A stretch of DNA of 40,047 nt from IMG/VR virus record IMGVR_UViG_3300032334_000177, positions 1 through 40,047 of that record; one strand, given 5' to 3'. This document shows, one piece after another, positions 1 through 8,629 of the stretch (positions are counted from its first letter, which is position 1; each line of letters begins with the position of its first letter). The translations under genes and the position numbers were made by a program. The notes under the pieces are model-generated. The model did not search any database. It was not told the origin of the DNA and saw only the letters and a program-made list of their open reading frames with translations. This DNA is from a virus. Taxonomy: Duplodnaviria; Caudoviricetes.

Positions 1-123
1 AGCAAACATTTTCAGTTCTTTTTCTACACGGTTGTTACCTTTGTAGAACTGAGTCAGTTGTTCGCGCACATTACGGTTGACATCACCACGAATGGTTTTG
101 GCCGGTGCTTGGATGATTGCGGG
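1..123. repeat. Terminal direct repeat, identical to 39925-40047 (circular assembly overlap)
   Basis: Exact 123-nt match of both window ends; the capsid reading frame continues across the join. Confidence 0.95.
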
Positions 124-285
124 GGCTTGCACAGAGGCAACTTTTGCTTCCAAAGCAGCAATCTGCTCTTGCATTTCAACCTTGACGGCTTCAACAGCAG
201 CGATAGATTTTGCTTCGGTGGCGCTGATCTTTTCGGCTTGAGCCGCTTCGATTGCGTCCAGTTTTTCAATGATTTCTTTAGACAT
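1..285 (-). CDS. Major capsid protein, N-terminal part (scaffold/delta-like coiled coil); continues at 39924
   Basis: ATG at 285 just after the protease stop. Reads MSKEIIEKLDAIEAAQAEK...VREQLTQFYKGNNRVEKELKMFA, in frame with the 38866..39993 ORF; full protein 447 aa. Confidence 0.9.
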   Translation of the reverse strand, partial: MSKEIIEKLDAIEAAQAEKISATEAKSIAAVEAVKVEMQEQIAALEAKVASVQAPAIIQAPAKTIRGDVNRNVREQLTQFYKGNNRVEKELKMFA

Positions 286-287
286 GA

Positions 288-1064
288 TTAACCTTTCAGT
301 CGTTTATCGAGAGTTTTAAGAAGTTCGCGTTGCTCGAGAGCCGCGAGAATTTCCGCTTTGGTTGCCTCCGCATCAGAATCACTCAGAATTGGTGCAGTTT
401 CAACAGGCGCTACAACAGCATCGCGCTGCTCAAGCACCTTTTTGAAAGTAGATGCAGCGGCAACCGCATCACTCTTGGATAGTCCAGCATCACGCAGGGC
501 TTGCTCCAAAATCTTTAGATCGGCAGAGCCATCAGGCCGGAAAAATTCCAACTTGTTGACATTTGCCTCGGGGTTGTTGGGATACATCACGATAGATACC
601 TCACGCAATCCACCTTTGGTAATTTGGAAATATGCTTCCTCAGATTGATCGGGCTCGCCATCGGCATTAACCATTTGATAATCTTCGGCATAAGCGCCAA
701 CAGAAACACCGCCAAACATTTGTGGGGATTCCTGCATTACTGTGTAAATATCTTTTCCGGCGGTGGTATTCATGTAAATACGCCCTTGCGCCGTCATGCC
801 GGTTTCATCCATCTCAAAGGATGTCCACTCGCCAACCGGCATTGCGTCCGATTGGTGATTCAAAAACATGGGGAGGGGTTTGCCGCCTTTAGCAAAGGAT
901 TCGGCCCAATCCATAAAGCCTTCTGGCTGATAATTGAAACGCCGCCCGTCTGCGCCTTCTCGAGCGCCCCAGGTGGTTACAGTTGCTTCAATCTTGCCAC
1001 TGTTGTTGCCCTGCTTCTCTACGATTAAGCGGGCTTCGCACAACATTTTTAGGTTTTGAGTCAT
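288..1064 (-). CDS. HK97-family prohead protease
   Basis: Motifs LPMFLNHQ, PVGEW, GVSVG and LREVSIVMYPNNPEA; lies between portal and capsid. Confidence 0.9.
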   Translation of the reverse strand: MTQNLKMLCEARLIVEKQGNNSGKIEATVTTWGAREGADGRRFNYQPEGFMDWAESFAKGGKPLPMFLNHQSDAMPVGEWTSFEMDETGMTAQGRIYMNTTAGKDIYTVMQESPQMFGGVSVGAYAEDYQMVNADGEPDQSEEAYFQITKGGLREVSIVMYPNNPEANVNKLEFFRPDGSADLKILEQALRDAGLSKSDAVAAASTFKKVLEQRDAVVAPVETAPILSDSDAEATKAEILAALEQRELLKTLDKRLKG

Positions 1065-1188
1065 TGATTACCTCATCGACTTTTGTTAAATCAATGTCGT
1101 ATATTGTAGGTAATTCTAGCGCACTTACCCGCTTTTTCGGTTTATTATACTTTTTCTGTAGTGCAAGCAATTGGGACAAGTCTATCAT
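988..1188 (-). CDS. Small hypothetical protein between portal and protease
   Basis: ATGA overlap with the portal stop; overlaps the protease start by 77 nt, so it is uncertain. Confidence 0.35.
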   Translation of the reverse strand: MIDLSQLLALQKKYNKPKKRVSALELPTIYDIDLTKVDEVINDSKPKNVVRSPLNRREAGQQQWQD

Positions 1189-2579
1189 TTCTTGCCAATA
1201 TTCATCTTTTTCTTCTGGTTTCCGCCGCCGCCGCCGGTATCTTGTGGGGAACTGCCAGAAATAGGATCGACAGGGTTAGTATCCAACAATTCGTCAGCGC
1301 CGTCAATTTGAGGCATTCCAAGGAACTCACGGGCCTCATTTGGCGTCATTATGCCCGCGCCCACACCTGCGGTAGCAAAATTCATTTGATCCAGCGGAGC
1401 GCCTTTTAGGAAGTTGCAGGTATCAAACTCAATTGCTAGGTTAGGATAACTTTGGAACAAATGTTGCTTGAGTTTCTGCTGAACATTAACCAAAGTCGGG
1501 TACATGGTGGATTTGTAAAACTCATCCAACAGGGTTTGGGTGTTGTTAAATTTACCCTCACCGCCTACCGACAGCATTTGATGCGGCACACCAAAAAGGG
1601 CGCAAATCCGCTTCATGGTTTGATCTTTTAACTTGGCTGCATCCGCATCTTGCAGGTTAAGCATATTCAGCGGGGTGTATTTCATCCCCTGATCGAGCAG
1701 CATACCTTGGCCTGGCTTACTAGGATCAGATTGGCGGCTTCCCACCATGCTGCTCCACGCTTCCTTCAAACGGGCGGCAATTTCCTTGTATTTGGCATCG
1801 GCGATCACCTGCTCGGTGGTAAACATACCCGATGGCTTTGCGCCGTTTTGCATTACATAGTTGGCGTACAAGTCGATGTCCTGATCCAGCGACACCAACT
1901 CAGCGGCCAAAATGCCTTTGTTAAAACCGGCAGAACCTTGCCAGTTCATATCCTTGCAGTGCATCACTTGGTGGGAGCCAAGAGGCTCATCCCGCGAGAA
2001 CCCGTAGGATGGGGTAGACAAACGATAAGAAGGGTAGCGGGTGGGCGTAATCGTCACCGCAATAAGGGTGGAGTCCAGCAAGTACATCTCCAATGGAGTT
2101 TCCAAGCTGTTCTTTTGATCTTTGCGCCACCAAAGCGTAAACGCCTCGCCGGACAATTCATACCACATGAGCCACTGATACCAAAACTCATAGGTAGATT
2201 GGAAGTTATTTGGTTGTGCCAATAAATTAGCAACTTGTTTGGCTTTTGCTTTATCTCGCGCACCCACCAATTCAGATTTGATTGCATCGACATACGTTCC
2301 ATCGTCCGCTTTGCTTACTACTTTAATTGGAAGCTGAGATAGCGCCCGAGCCTTGAGCGCCACGCACGACATAATGGTGGAATTGCGCGTCAACAGCGAC
2401 ATATCCACTGGACGGCCAGCGTTATTTGTCGAACTGGTGGTGACGTACAGAATCTGAGTATTTACATTCGGATTCTTGTTATCGCCCTGATAAACAATGT
2501 TATTACCAAGCGCAGTTTGCCCAAAAAGCGTATTGCTTTCTTTAACGTCTTTTCGTTTGAAAATATCAAGAATTGCCAT
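1185..2579 (-). CDS. HK97-family portal protein
   Basis: Motifs NGAKPSG, LDQGMKY, ICALFGVP, FNNTQ and GIMTPNEAR; follows TerL. Confidence 0.93.
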   Translation of the reverse strand: MAILDIFKRKDVKESNTLFGQTALGNNIVYQGDNKNPNVNTQILYVTTSSTNNAGRPVDMSLLTRNSTIMSCVALKARALSQLPIKVVSKADDGTYVDAIKSELVGARDKAKAKQVANLLAQPNNFQSTYEFWYQWLMWYELSGEAFTLWWRKDQKNSLETPLEMYLLDSTLIAVTITPTRYPSYRLSTPSYGFSRDEPLGSHQVMHCKDMNWQGSAGFNKGILAAELVSLDQDIDLYANYVMQNGAKPSGMFTTEQVIADAKYKEIAARLKEAWSSMVGSRQSDPSKPGQGMLLDQGMKYTPLNMLNLQDADAAKLKDQTMKRICALFGVPHQMLSVGGEGKFNNTQTLLDEFYKSTMYPTLVNVQQKLKQHLFQSYPNLAIEFDTCNFLKGAPLDQMNFATAGVGAGIMTPNEAREFLGMPQIDGADELLDTNPVDPISGSSPQDTGGGGGNQKKKMNIGKK

Positions 2580-2604
2580 GTTTACGCTCCATTTTCGCGG
2601 GATT

Positions 2605-4284
2605 TTACCACTCTAATGATCTAAAACCAAACGAATCACTGACAAAAACATTGTCCAAATGGCAATGCAAGGCCATTATCATGGAGATAATCCCGTCCAC
2701 TTTGGCGCTGGGATCAGCCTCATTCTTTCTGACTTTTACATTACCGTTTACATCAGTATATACCTCACAGTTACCCAATTGCCACCCAACAAATGGGTTT
2801 CCATCGTGTTTTATACACTTTTTCTGAATTAATTGCTCGGCAGTCTTTGACGGATTTGACAGCACGGCCATACCCTGGCCCACTTTCTTTACGGGTAAAC
2901 CCTCGGCATATAGGGTTGCTACCAAGGCCGCCGCATTGTATGGATCAAATCCAATTTCTTTGACTTCGTGCTGTAAGCATTGTTGTTTTATGTAATCTTG
3001 AATTTCATTAAGATCGGTGACGTTACCTTGAGTTAACCTTAAAATGCCGCTTGTTTGTGCCTGTAGATAGGTGCTTTTGTAATGGTTAGGGACAAACTCC
3101 ATTGATTGTTCCGGCAGGAAAAACTGGAATTTGGCATAAAAGTCTTCTTCCCCATAACGGTGCAAAGTGCAGACGGCATTCAAATCTCGAGAATGCGCCA
3201 AGTCAAATGCTAGAAATGTAGACTCGGGTTTGTCCTCGGGCATCTTGTCTACTGACTCATCCCAATACCGCCTGTCAATCCAAGCAGTGTTTGCAGACAC
3301 ATAGATATTCAATTGCTTACAGAGAAACTCATTAAGGGAAGCCGGTTTAGCCCCCGCCTCTGCAGCCATGTGGGTAATATGCTCACGGGTAACAGATACC
3401 CCTAGCATGGGATTAGCTTTGCCCCACACCTCGGGATTACTCCACTCATCCCCTGGATCAATGCTATAGCAAAGCCCAAACCACCGATTGTTGTCCGAGG
3501 CCGAGCCGCGCAGCATATTTCGCAAATGGCTTAAATCCTCAAAGAACTTGGTTTCCTTAGTAAAACTGGCGGTAGTCAGGTAAAGTCGCAAAGGGTTCTT
3601 CCGAGCGCCCATACCCGAATGCAGCACCTCAATAGACTGCCTGTCCACAATCTGTGCCGCTTCATCAATCATGGCGCAGGACGGATTCTTGCCGTCACCG
3701 GATTTGCGGTTGTCGCGGGACAACGCCCTGCAAGTGCTGGTGCTGTCACCCGTCTTTTTCAATTCACCACGATAAATAATGAACTTGGCGGCCAACTCGG
3801 TTTTCATGCCCTCAACAATAGCTTTAGAGGAATCAAAGCAAATAGATGCCTGTTCGCGGTTTGTTGCCAGGGTAAACACCTCTGGGCCGGCATCGCCGAA
3901 CTGAAGTTCGTACAAAGCAATGATGGAGGCTATGGTTGTCTTTCCAGACTTACGGGGAACAAACAGGATTACATCTGTTGTCCAGCGGACATTGACATCA
4001 CGTTTGTCCCGAAACCCGTATATGCCAGCCATAAACAGAACTTGAAATGGCTGCAGGACAATTTGCTTTCCAGCGTCTGGCCCCTTTACATGGCGGCAAA
4101 AACTGACAAACTTTAGCAAATGCTCTGCCTTGGCCGGCACAAATTCGTATGGCGCGTCCTTACGCTCCACCATATCTAAAAACCGTTGACAGGCTAGTCG
4201 GACATCCTCACAAGCAAGTATGTCCCCGCGAACTACGCTAGTTGCGTACTCAAACGCTGAATTAAGCTGTGGCGAATAACTCAT
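2605..4284 (-). CDS. terL: Terminase large subunit (HK97/Terminase_1 type)
   Basis: Walker A VPRKSGKT, Walker B AMIDE, WGKANP, nuclease motifs FDLA, FDPYNA and KVDG. Confidence 0.95.
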   Translation of the reverse strand: MSYSPQLNSAFEYATSVVRGDILACEDVRLACQRFLDMVERKDAPYEFVPAKAEHLLKFVSFCRHVKGPDAGKQIVLQPFQVLFMAGIYGFRDKRDVNVRWTTDVILFVPRKSGKTTIASIIALYELQFGDAGPEVFTLATNREQASICFDSSKAIVEGMKTELAAKFIIYRGELKKTGDSTSTCRALSRDNRKSGDGKNPSCAMIDEAAQIVDRQSIEVLHSGMGARKNPLRLYLTTASFTKETKFFEDLSHLRNMLRGSASDNNRWFGLCYSIDPGDEWSNPEVWGKANPMLGVSVTREHITHMAAEAGAKPASLNEFLCKQLNIYVSANTAWIDRRYWDESVDKMPEDKPESTFLAFDLAHSRDLNAVCTLHRYGEEDFYAKFQFFLPEQSMEFVPNHYKSTYLQAQTSGILRLTQGNVTDLNEIQDYIKQQCLQHEVKEIGFDPYNAAALVATLYAEGLPVKKVGQGMAVLSNPSKTAEQLIQKKCIKHDGNPFVGWQLGNCEVYTDVNGNVKVRKNEADPSAKVDGIISMIMALHCHLDNVFVSDSFGFRSLEW

Positions 4285-4633
4285 CTACATCTGTTGTCTT
4301 GTTGGATTTCTTGGGCCGGCCACGGGCAACCAGGGCCAATTCAGCCAATATCTTAATTGCTTTGTCTAGGGATTCGGTACGGATTTTGTACCACGGGCTA
4401 GGCGCATCACCAGAATGGTAAGAGTAAATTGGCCCCGACTCCATAATATTGGAGTGGGCAGTAATCATGGTTTCAGTCACAATAACCAGCGAGCCAATCA
4501 ACATCTCATCGGCAGCCGTAATATTCCCTGTGGAATTCTCCACATCGTTACGGATGGCCGTCTCAAACGCTTGTGCGTTCCATGTGGACGGGTTGCGAAT
4601 GAATCCAATTATCTGTCGCGGTGGCGTTCTCAT
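4262..4633 (-). CDS. terS: Terminase small subunit
   Basis: Directly upstream of and overlapping TerL; P27-like C-terminus (PSPW...LAELAL...R). Start taken at ATG 4633. Confidence 0.7.
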   Translation of the reverse strand: MRTPPRQIIGFIRNPSTWNAQAFETAIRNDVENSTGNITAADEMLIGSLVIVTETMITAHSNIMESGPIYSYHSGDAPSPWYKIRTESLDKAIKILAELALVARGRPKKSNKTTDVDELFATA

Positions 4634-5048
4634 ATAGTACCTTTTGATAGTCGTGAACCGAGTAATCCCGAACATCGTCTTTCAGATAATGTCGAAATAT
4701 TCCTTTTTTTTCCAGCCCAGATTTAACCCCATGACATTCTGGACAAAGCGATTGAAAAACGTTTTTGCGGAAAGCAAACTCGCCAATCTGTCGCCACGGA
4801 AACACATGATCCACATGGGATGCCTGATTAACCTGCTTATTTATTAGGCAAGCCTGACACAGCGGCATTGTACTTAACTGCCTTTGCCGGATGGAATCCC
4901 ATGCGCTAATCTTATACTTTTTGTTGAACTCCCGCCTGTCTTTGCTTATCAGGATGGACGGCGCATGATCCACGCAGAGGGATTTCCCCTTTTCGCATGG
5001 GTTTTTGCATCCAAATTCCGAGCATTTGGTTGGCGGGGTTACTGGCAT
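4563..5048 (-). CDS. HNH endonuclease (HK97 gp74-like packaging cofactor)
   Basis: PLCQAC...HVDHVFP...QSLCPECHGVK plus an N-terminal C-x4-C...C-x2-H finger; adjacent to terS. Confidence 0.88.
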   Translation of the reverse strand: MPVTPPTKCSEFGCKNPCEKGKSLCVDHAPSILISKDRREFNKKYKISAWDSIRQRQLSTMPLCQACLINKQVNQASHVDHVFPWRQIGEFAFRKNVFQSLCPECHGVKSGLEKKGIFRHYLKDDVRDYSVHDYQKVLYENATATDNWIHSQPVHMERTSV

Positions 5049-5084
5049 AGGCCAAATGGTAGCAGGTATGCCCCCTGCTGACTA

Positions 5085-5150
5085 TTCCCTAGCGGGAATT
5101 TGACCCCGCGCCTGCCCCGACTCGGATCGGCATAGTTTTAGTTTCCAAAT
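5085..5150. other. Candidate cos/packaging site region
   Basis: Non-coding GC-rich stretch just upstream of HNH-terS-terL (minus strand GGGGCAGGCGCGGGGTCAAATTCCCGC). Positional inference only. Confidence 0.35.
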
Positions 5151-5232
5151 TGGAAAGTATTGGGCAAAAAATCGTTTTAGGCACGTTTTAGCGACAATTT
5201 ACGCAAAAAATGCCGCTTTTTTGTGCAGTTTG

Positions 5233-5252
5233 TGTGGATAACGTGGGGATAA
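5233..5252 (-). promoter_or_regulatory. DnaA-box-like pair
   Basis: TGTGGATAA at 5233-5241 is a perfect TTATCCACA on the minus strand; TGGGGATAA at 5244-5252 has one mismatch. Confidence 0.4.
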
Positions 5253-5416
5253 CAAAATAAACGCAAAAAAACCCCATGTAAATCAATGGGTTGTAAACGC
5301 TGGCACGAATCTTCCACGCTATATAGGTGAAACCCTCGATTTTTGACGGTTTTTTTAGCGCACCGGCTATCAGTGCATATTCGCCCCTAGGGGACTATTT
5401 AATAGGACATCACACC

Positions 5417-6292
5417 ATGAAAACTAAAGTATTTAAAAACGCGCCAAAATTCGAGAAATTGCAACAATTGGCCGTTACCGTACAAACCGGTAGTCATTCT
5501 GAAATATGGGCGCACTTGATCATGCTAAAAAATAGCGCGGCCTTTCAATCGCCCGCTTGGCAATATTCGTTCAATAAATTCGCGGCCGTTTTAGACGATA
5601 ACAACCCGCGCTTTGCTGTATTCGCCCTAGGTGGAAACAGTAAATTGCCGTTTGTGGCATTTTCTACTTTGCCCGGTGTAACGTGTCCGGGCGCGGGCGA
5701 ATGCCTATTGTTTTGCTATTCGTTCCGCGCTTGGCGGTATCCGGCCGCGTTTTTCCGGCAATTGCAAAATGCCTATCTGCTGCGCTTTGCGCCTAGGGTA
5801 ATTACCCGCGAATTTGAGACAATCGCGGCCGCGCGCCCCGAAGGGTTCGATTTTCGATTGTATGTAGACGGTGATTTTGCCAATATTGATGACGTTATTT
5901 TTTGGATGTCATTGCTAAGGGCCACGCCAAGCGCCCGCGCTTATGGTTACTCGAAATCTTTCGCCATGCTCTTAGCCTATGACACCGTCTATAGCGGGCA
6001 GTGGCCGTCTAATTATCAATTGAATATCTCAAGCGGCCACAATTCAAGCGCGGCCATGGTGGATTATGTCCGCGTTTTGCCAATTACCCGTGGCGAATTT
6101 CGCGCTGTATCAATTGGCCGGAAAGTAAAAAACGCGGATCACGGCACACCGGCAATTAATGCCCTCTTACGGGCCAATGTTACTGAAAAGATATTCCCAT
6201 GCCCTGGCACTTGTGGATCATGCACCGGAAAGGGCCATGCTTGCGGGATGCCCGCGCTAAAGGGGCGGGTAATCGCCATCGCCATACATTAA
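5417..6292 (+). CDS. GP88-like Cys-rich protein (possible Fe-S/radical-SAM-like)
   Basis: NSKLP...TCPGAGECLLFCY, FRLYVDGDF, YGYSK, NYQLNISS and a C-terminal CPGTCGSC...H.C resemble the phage gene product 88 family. AGGA precedes ATG 5417. Confidence 0.65.
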   Translation: MKTKVFKNAPKFEKLQQLAVTVQTGSHSEIWAHLIMLKNSAAFQSPAWQYSFNKFAAVLDDNNPRFAVFALGGNSKLPFVAFSTLPGVTCPGAGECLLFCYSFRAWRYPAAFFRQLQNAYLLRFAPRVITREFETIAAARPEGFDFRLYVDGDFANIDDVIFWMSLLRATPSARAYGYSKSFAMLLAYDTVYSGQWPSNYQLNISSGHNSSAAMVDYVRVLPITRGEFRAVSIGRKVKNADHGTPAINALLRANVTEKIFPCPGTCGSCTGKGHACGMPALKGRVIAIAIH

Positions 6293-6302
6293 GGGCCACA
6301 CA

Positions 6303-6392
6303 ATGAAAACGTTTTTATCTGATTTATTCCAAGCGCTGATTTTTGCAGCGCTTATGTTCGCCCCGTTTTTTATCTATTTTTGGAAAATGTAA
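6303..6392 (+). CDS. 29-aa membrane peptide MKTFLSDLFQALIFAALMFAPFFIYFWKM
   Basis: Read by eye; AAGGG upstream; fills the gap between neighbouring genes; one hydrophobic helix. Confidence 0.55.
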   Translation: MKTFLSDLFQALIFAALMFAPFFIYFWKM

Positions 6393-6394
6393 CC

Positions 6395-6643
6395 ATGAAA
6401 ACCCCTATTCAAACCCTCTATGACAATCGCAGCAAAAAATTATTGAACATCATTTTTTCTATGCATCCCAATGATATTTACGATTTTTTGGCGGATAACG
6501 ATGCCGATCCATGGATGCCCTCGGGTTTGACCCATGATTATTTGATTGAATGTTTAGTAATATTTTGCGCCGAAAATGCCGAAAATGCCGATTTATTAAT
6601 TCAATGGTTTGACGATTGCAATAGTCCGATACCGGAAAATTAA
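6395..6643 (+). CDS. Small acidic hypothetical protein
   Basis: ORF track (MKTPIQ... from ATG 6395); followed by a terminator. Confidence 0.65.
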   Translation: MKTPIQTLYDNRSKKLLNIIFSMHPNDIYDFLADNDADPWMPSGLTHDYLIECLVIFCAENAENADLLIQWFDDCNSPIPEN

Positions 6644-6649
6644 ACCCTT

Positions 6650-6672
6650 ACCCGCCATGCGCGGGTTTTTTT
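6650..6672 (+). terminator. Intrinsic terminator
   Basis: ACCCGC-catgc-GCGGGT followed by a T run. Confidence 0.7.
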
Positions 6673-6673
6673 A

Positions 6674-6950
6674 TGGCCGGTGATCCGGCGCGCTTTAAGC
6701 GCTTACCGTGCGCGGGTAATTCTGCGCGGGTTTTCTACTGTATCGGTGCGCCGGTGCGGGTTTAGTGTGCGCGGGCAATTGTGGCCGGTGCGCGGGCAAT
6801 TGTGGCCGGTGCGCGGCCGTGCATGGTGTGCGGGCCGGTGTGGCGGGTATCGGGCCGGTGCGGGCAATAGGGGCCAATATGGGGCCGGTGTGGCCGCTTG
6901 GCCGTGCATTGTGTGGCCGGCGCATGGTGTGGCCGTGCGGGCGGGTATCG
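6674..6950. repeat. G-rich degenerate repeat tract (GGCCGGTG core)
   Basis: Exact tandem 21-mer GTGCGCGGGCAATTGTGGCCG at 6767-6808, plus several further GGCCGGTG/GGCCG units. Confidence 0.85.
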
Positions 6951-7270
6951 ATGCAAGGGACGGGAAAGGGCGCATTTTTTACTGTGTTTTTTCACAGTAG
7001 CATTTTGCATAATTGGCACCGTCTACGGGGAAACCCTTAAGGGTTTTCACCTAGTACCCTCCCGACTACTGGGTATGCATACAGGGGGCCAATTTTTCCC
7101 TATAGGTAGCCGGTTCTATTTTTAAAAAAAAAATTTGCCTCTATTTTTCCCAGAGGCTTTAATAAAAATGGAAAATATTTGGAGGCAGTGCCTTTTTTTT
7201 GGAGGCTGTGTAAAAACGGGAAATTTTTTTTGTCCAGATATTTCTGGCCGGAAATATTTCCCGCAATTTG

Positions 7271-7660
7271 CTACTTGAGGAAGCGCAGCTTGTACAAAGT
7301 GCTGTCAATTAGCTGTGCGATCTCATCAGTGATGTTTTGCAGTTCGCTATCTTGGGGAAAACCCTCAGTCTTGCGTAATGTTGCCACTTCATCCTTGAGA
7401 TAAGTCAAATACTCCAGTGGATTTGACGGCGGCTCGAAACCGCTGGTAAAATTAGTCAGCAAACCGTACTTACCCTGGAATGCTTCCACAAAATCGTCCA
7501 CATGATCGCCGATTTCGGTGTAAAAAGTCTCGAGCGCCTTGTGCTGGCTGTAACTCAGGCTGATTAAATGCAAAATGTGTGCGCCTGTGACGCTGTTGAG
7601 CAGACACATGACAAATTGCATAACAGGATCATTGCCTGTTTTCTCAACGCTATATTTCAT
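7271..7660 (-). CDS. Ferritin/Dps-like protein (DUF5856-like)
   Basis: HILHL..SYSQHKALETFY....D..D.FVEAFQGKYG and ELQNITDEI...LYKL four-helix pattern. Confidence 0.75.
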   Translation of the reverse strand: MKYSVEKTGNDPVMQFVMCLLNSVTGAHILHLISLSYSQHKALETFYTEIGDHVDDFVEAFQGKYGLLTNFTSGFEPPSNPLEYLTYLKDEVATLRKTEGFPQDSELQNITDEIAQLIDSTLYKLRFLK

Positions 7661-7672
7661 AAAAATATTTCC

Positions 7673-7987
7673 TCAATCTAGGCCGCTCGGGTAGACGTAT
7701 CCCAATTGTACTAGCTTGTCCATCGTCTTGATGTGGGCTTTTGTCCACATTTCTTTACGTTCGTCCTTACTTAGGGTTTTCCCTTGATCCAGTTCCATGT
7801 GGCAGTCATGGCACAGGCTGGCAATGTAGATGTCGCTGGCCTTGATCCCCTTTCCCTTCCCATGCTCGGCCCAATTGCTGTGGGCGGCGCAAACCGTACT
7901 GTCATTTTTACCGCAATTTTGACAGTGCAATGTGCCGGCCATTTGTAATAGGCGTTTGTCGCGGACGTATTTAATCTTCAATCGCAC
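7673..7987 (-). CDS. HNH-like putative nuclease (DUF968/DUF1364-like)
   Basis: CQNCG...AAH...GKGKGIKASD...LCHDCH. Confidence 0.75.
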   Translation of the reverse strand: MRLKIKYVRDKRLLQMAGTLHCQNCGKNDSTVCAAHSNWAEHGKGKGIKASDIYIASLCHDCHMELDQGKTLSKDERKEMWTKAHIKTMDKLVQLGYVYPSGLD

Positions 7988-8249
7988 TGAATTTCACCCC
8001 TTGTTGCGTTCCAAAAGCATAGGAAAGTTCAATCAGTTCATTCATCTCGGCCACCTCCATGTTGCGAGTGCTGTAACCCAAGACTACAAACCCACCGTCA
8101 ATGCCTGGAACTACCTTCTGCCGTTTAAGGGCGGCAGTCAGCACATCTTTCCATTCATCTTTTGTCAGTTTGTGGCCGTGCCAATCTACTTGGTTTGCTA
8201 TGTCGGCTAAGTTTGCCCACATTATTCGATTTTGTTGTGTTGATCTCAT
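7971..8249 (-). CDS. ninB: NinB/Orf-family recombination protein (short form)
   Basis: RSTQQNRIMWANLADIANQV.W.G..L...EWK, VPGIDGGFVVLGYSTR.M...EM.ELIE. Confidence 0.85.
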   Translation of the reverse strand: MRSTQQNRIMWANLADIANQVDWHGHKLTKDEWKDVLTAALKRQKVVPGIDGGFVVLGYSTRNMEVAEMNELIELSYAFGTQQGVKFSAIED

Positions 8250-8629
8250 GTGTATTGTTTCTTTAAATAATCTACTGCTAGGCCCAGGGTAATCGGTTCA
8301 TTTGGTGGCCGCCATTGCCCTTTCCACCGCATTTCTAACACATCCATATTGGCAAAGTCTATGTCGCCTTCACCCTGGTAGCCACAAAGGAATGACACCG
8401 CATATCGCTTTGGAGGCTGATGACAGGCATCGCATAGGCGCTCAAGTGCTAAGCGTTGGCCGTATGGAACGGTGGAACTATGGTACTTGGCCTCGGCAAA
8501 CACAAACAATGTGTCACCAAAGTCCAAGAACATATCCAAATCGGTGGGCGTGATTTTGCCGTAAGTCAGTCCAGACATATCGGCAATGCGCGCTTTGTAC
8601 TCGCGGTTTTTAATCTGGCCGCGCATCAA
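8246..8629 (-). CDS. Hypothetical protein, PD-(D/E)XK-like
   Basis: PTDLD...FAEAK...GQ motif spacing. Confidence 0.55.
   Translation of the reverse strand: MMRGQIKNREYKARIADMSGLTYGKITPTDLDMFLDFGDTLFVFAEAKYHSSTVPYGQRLALERLCDACHQPPKRYAVSFLCGYQGEGDIDFANMDVLEMRWKGQWRPPNEPITLGLAVDYLKKQYT

Noticed and set aside
1-123. 123-bp end repeat as a physical terminal repeat or att site
   Set aside because: It falls inside the capsid gene and looks like an assembler overlap; the HK97-type terminase plus HNH points to cos ends elsewhere.
5300-5317. Sigma-54 promoter (TGGCACGAATCTTCC)
   Set aside because: The -24 element matches but the conserved -12 GC reads CC; insufficient support.
6674-6950. CRISPR-like array
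   Set aside because: No constant repeat with unique, regular spacers, and no cas genes.
6680-7125. Several overlapping ORFs across the G-rich tract
   Set aside because: Low-complexity Arg/Gly/Pro products, open in many frames because GC repeats lack stops; they lie after a terminator with no clear RBS.
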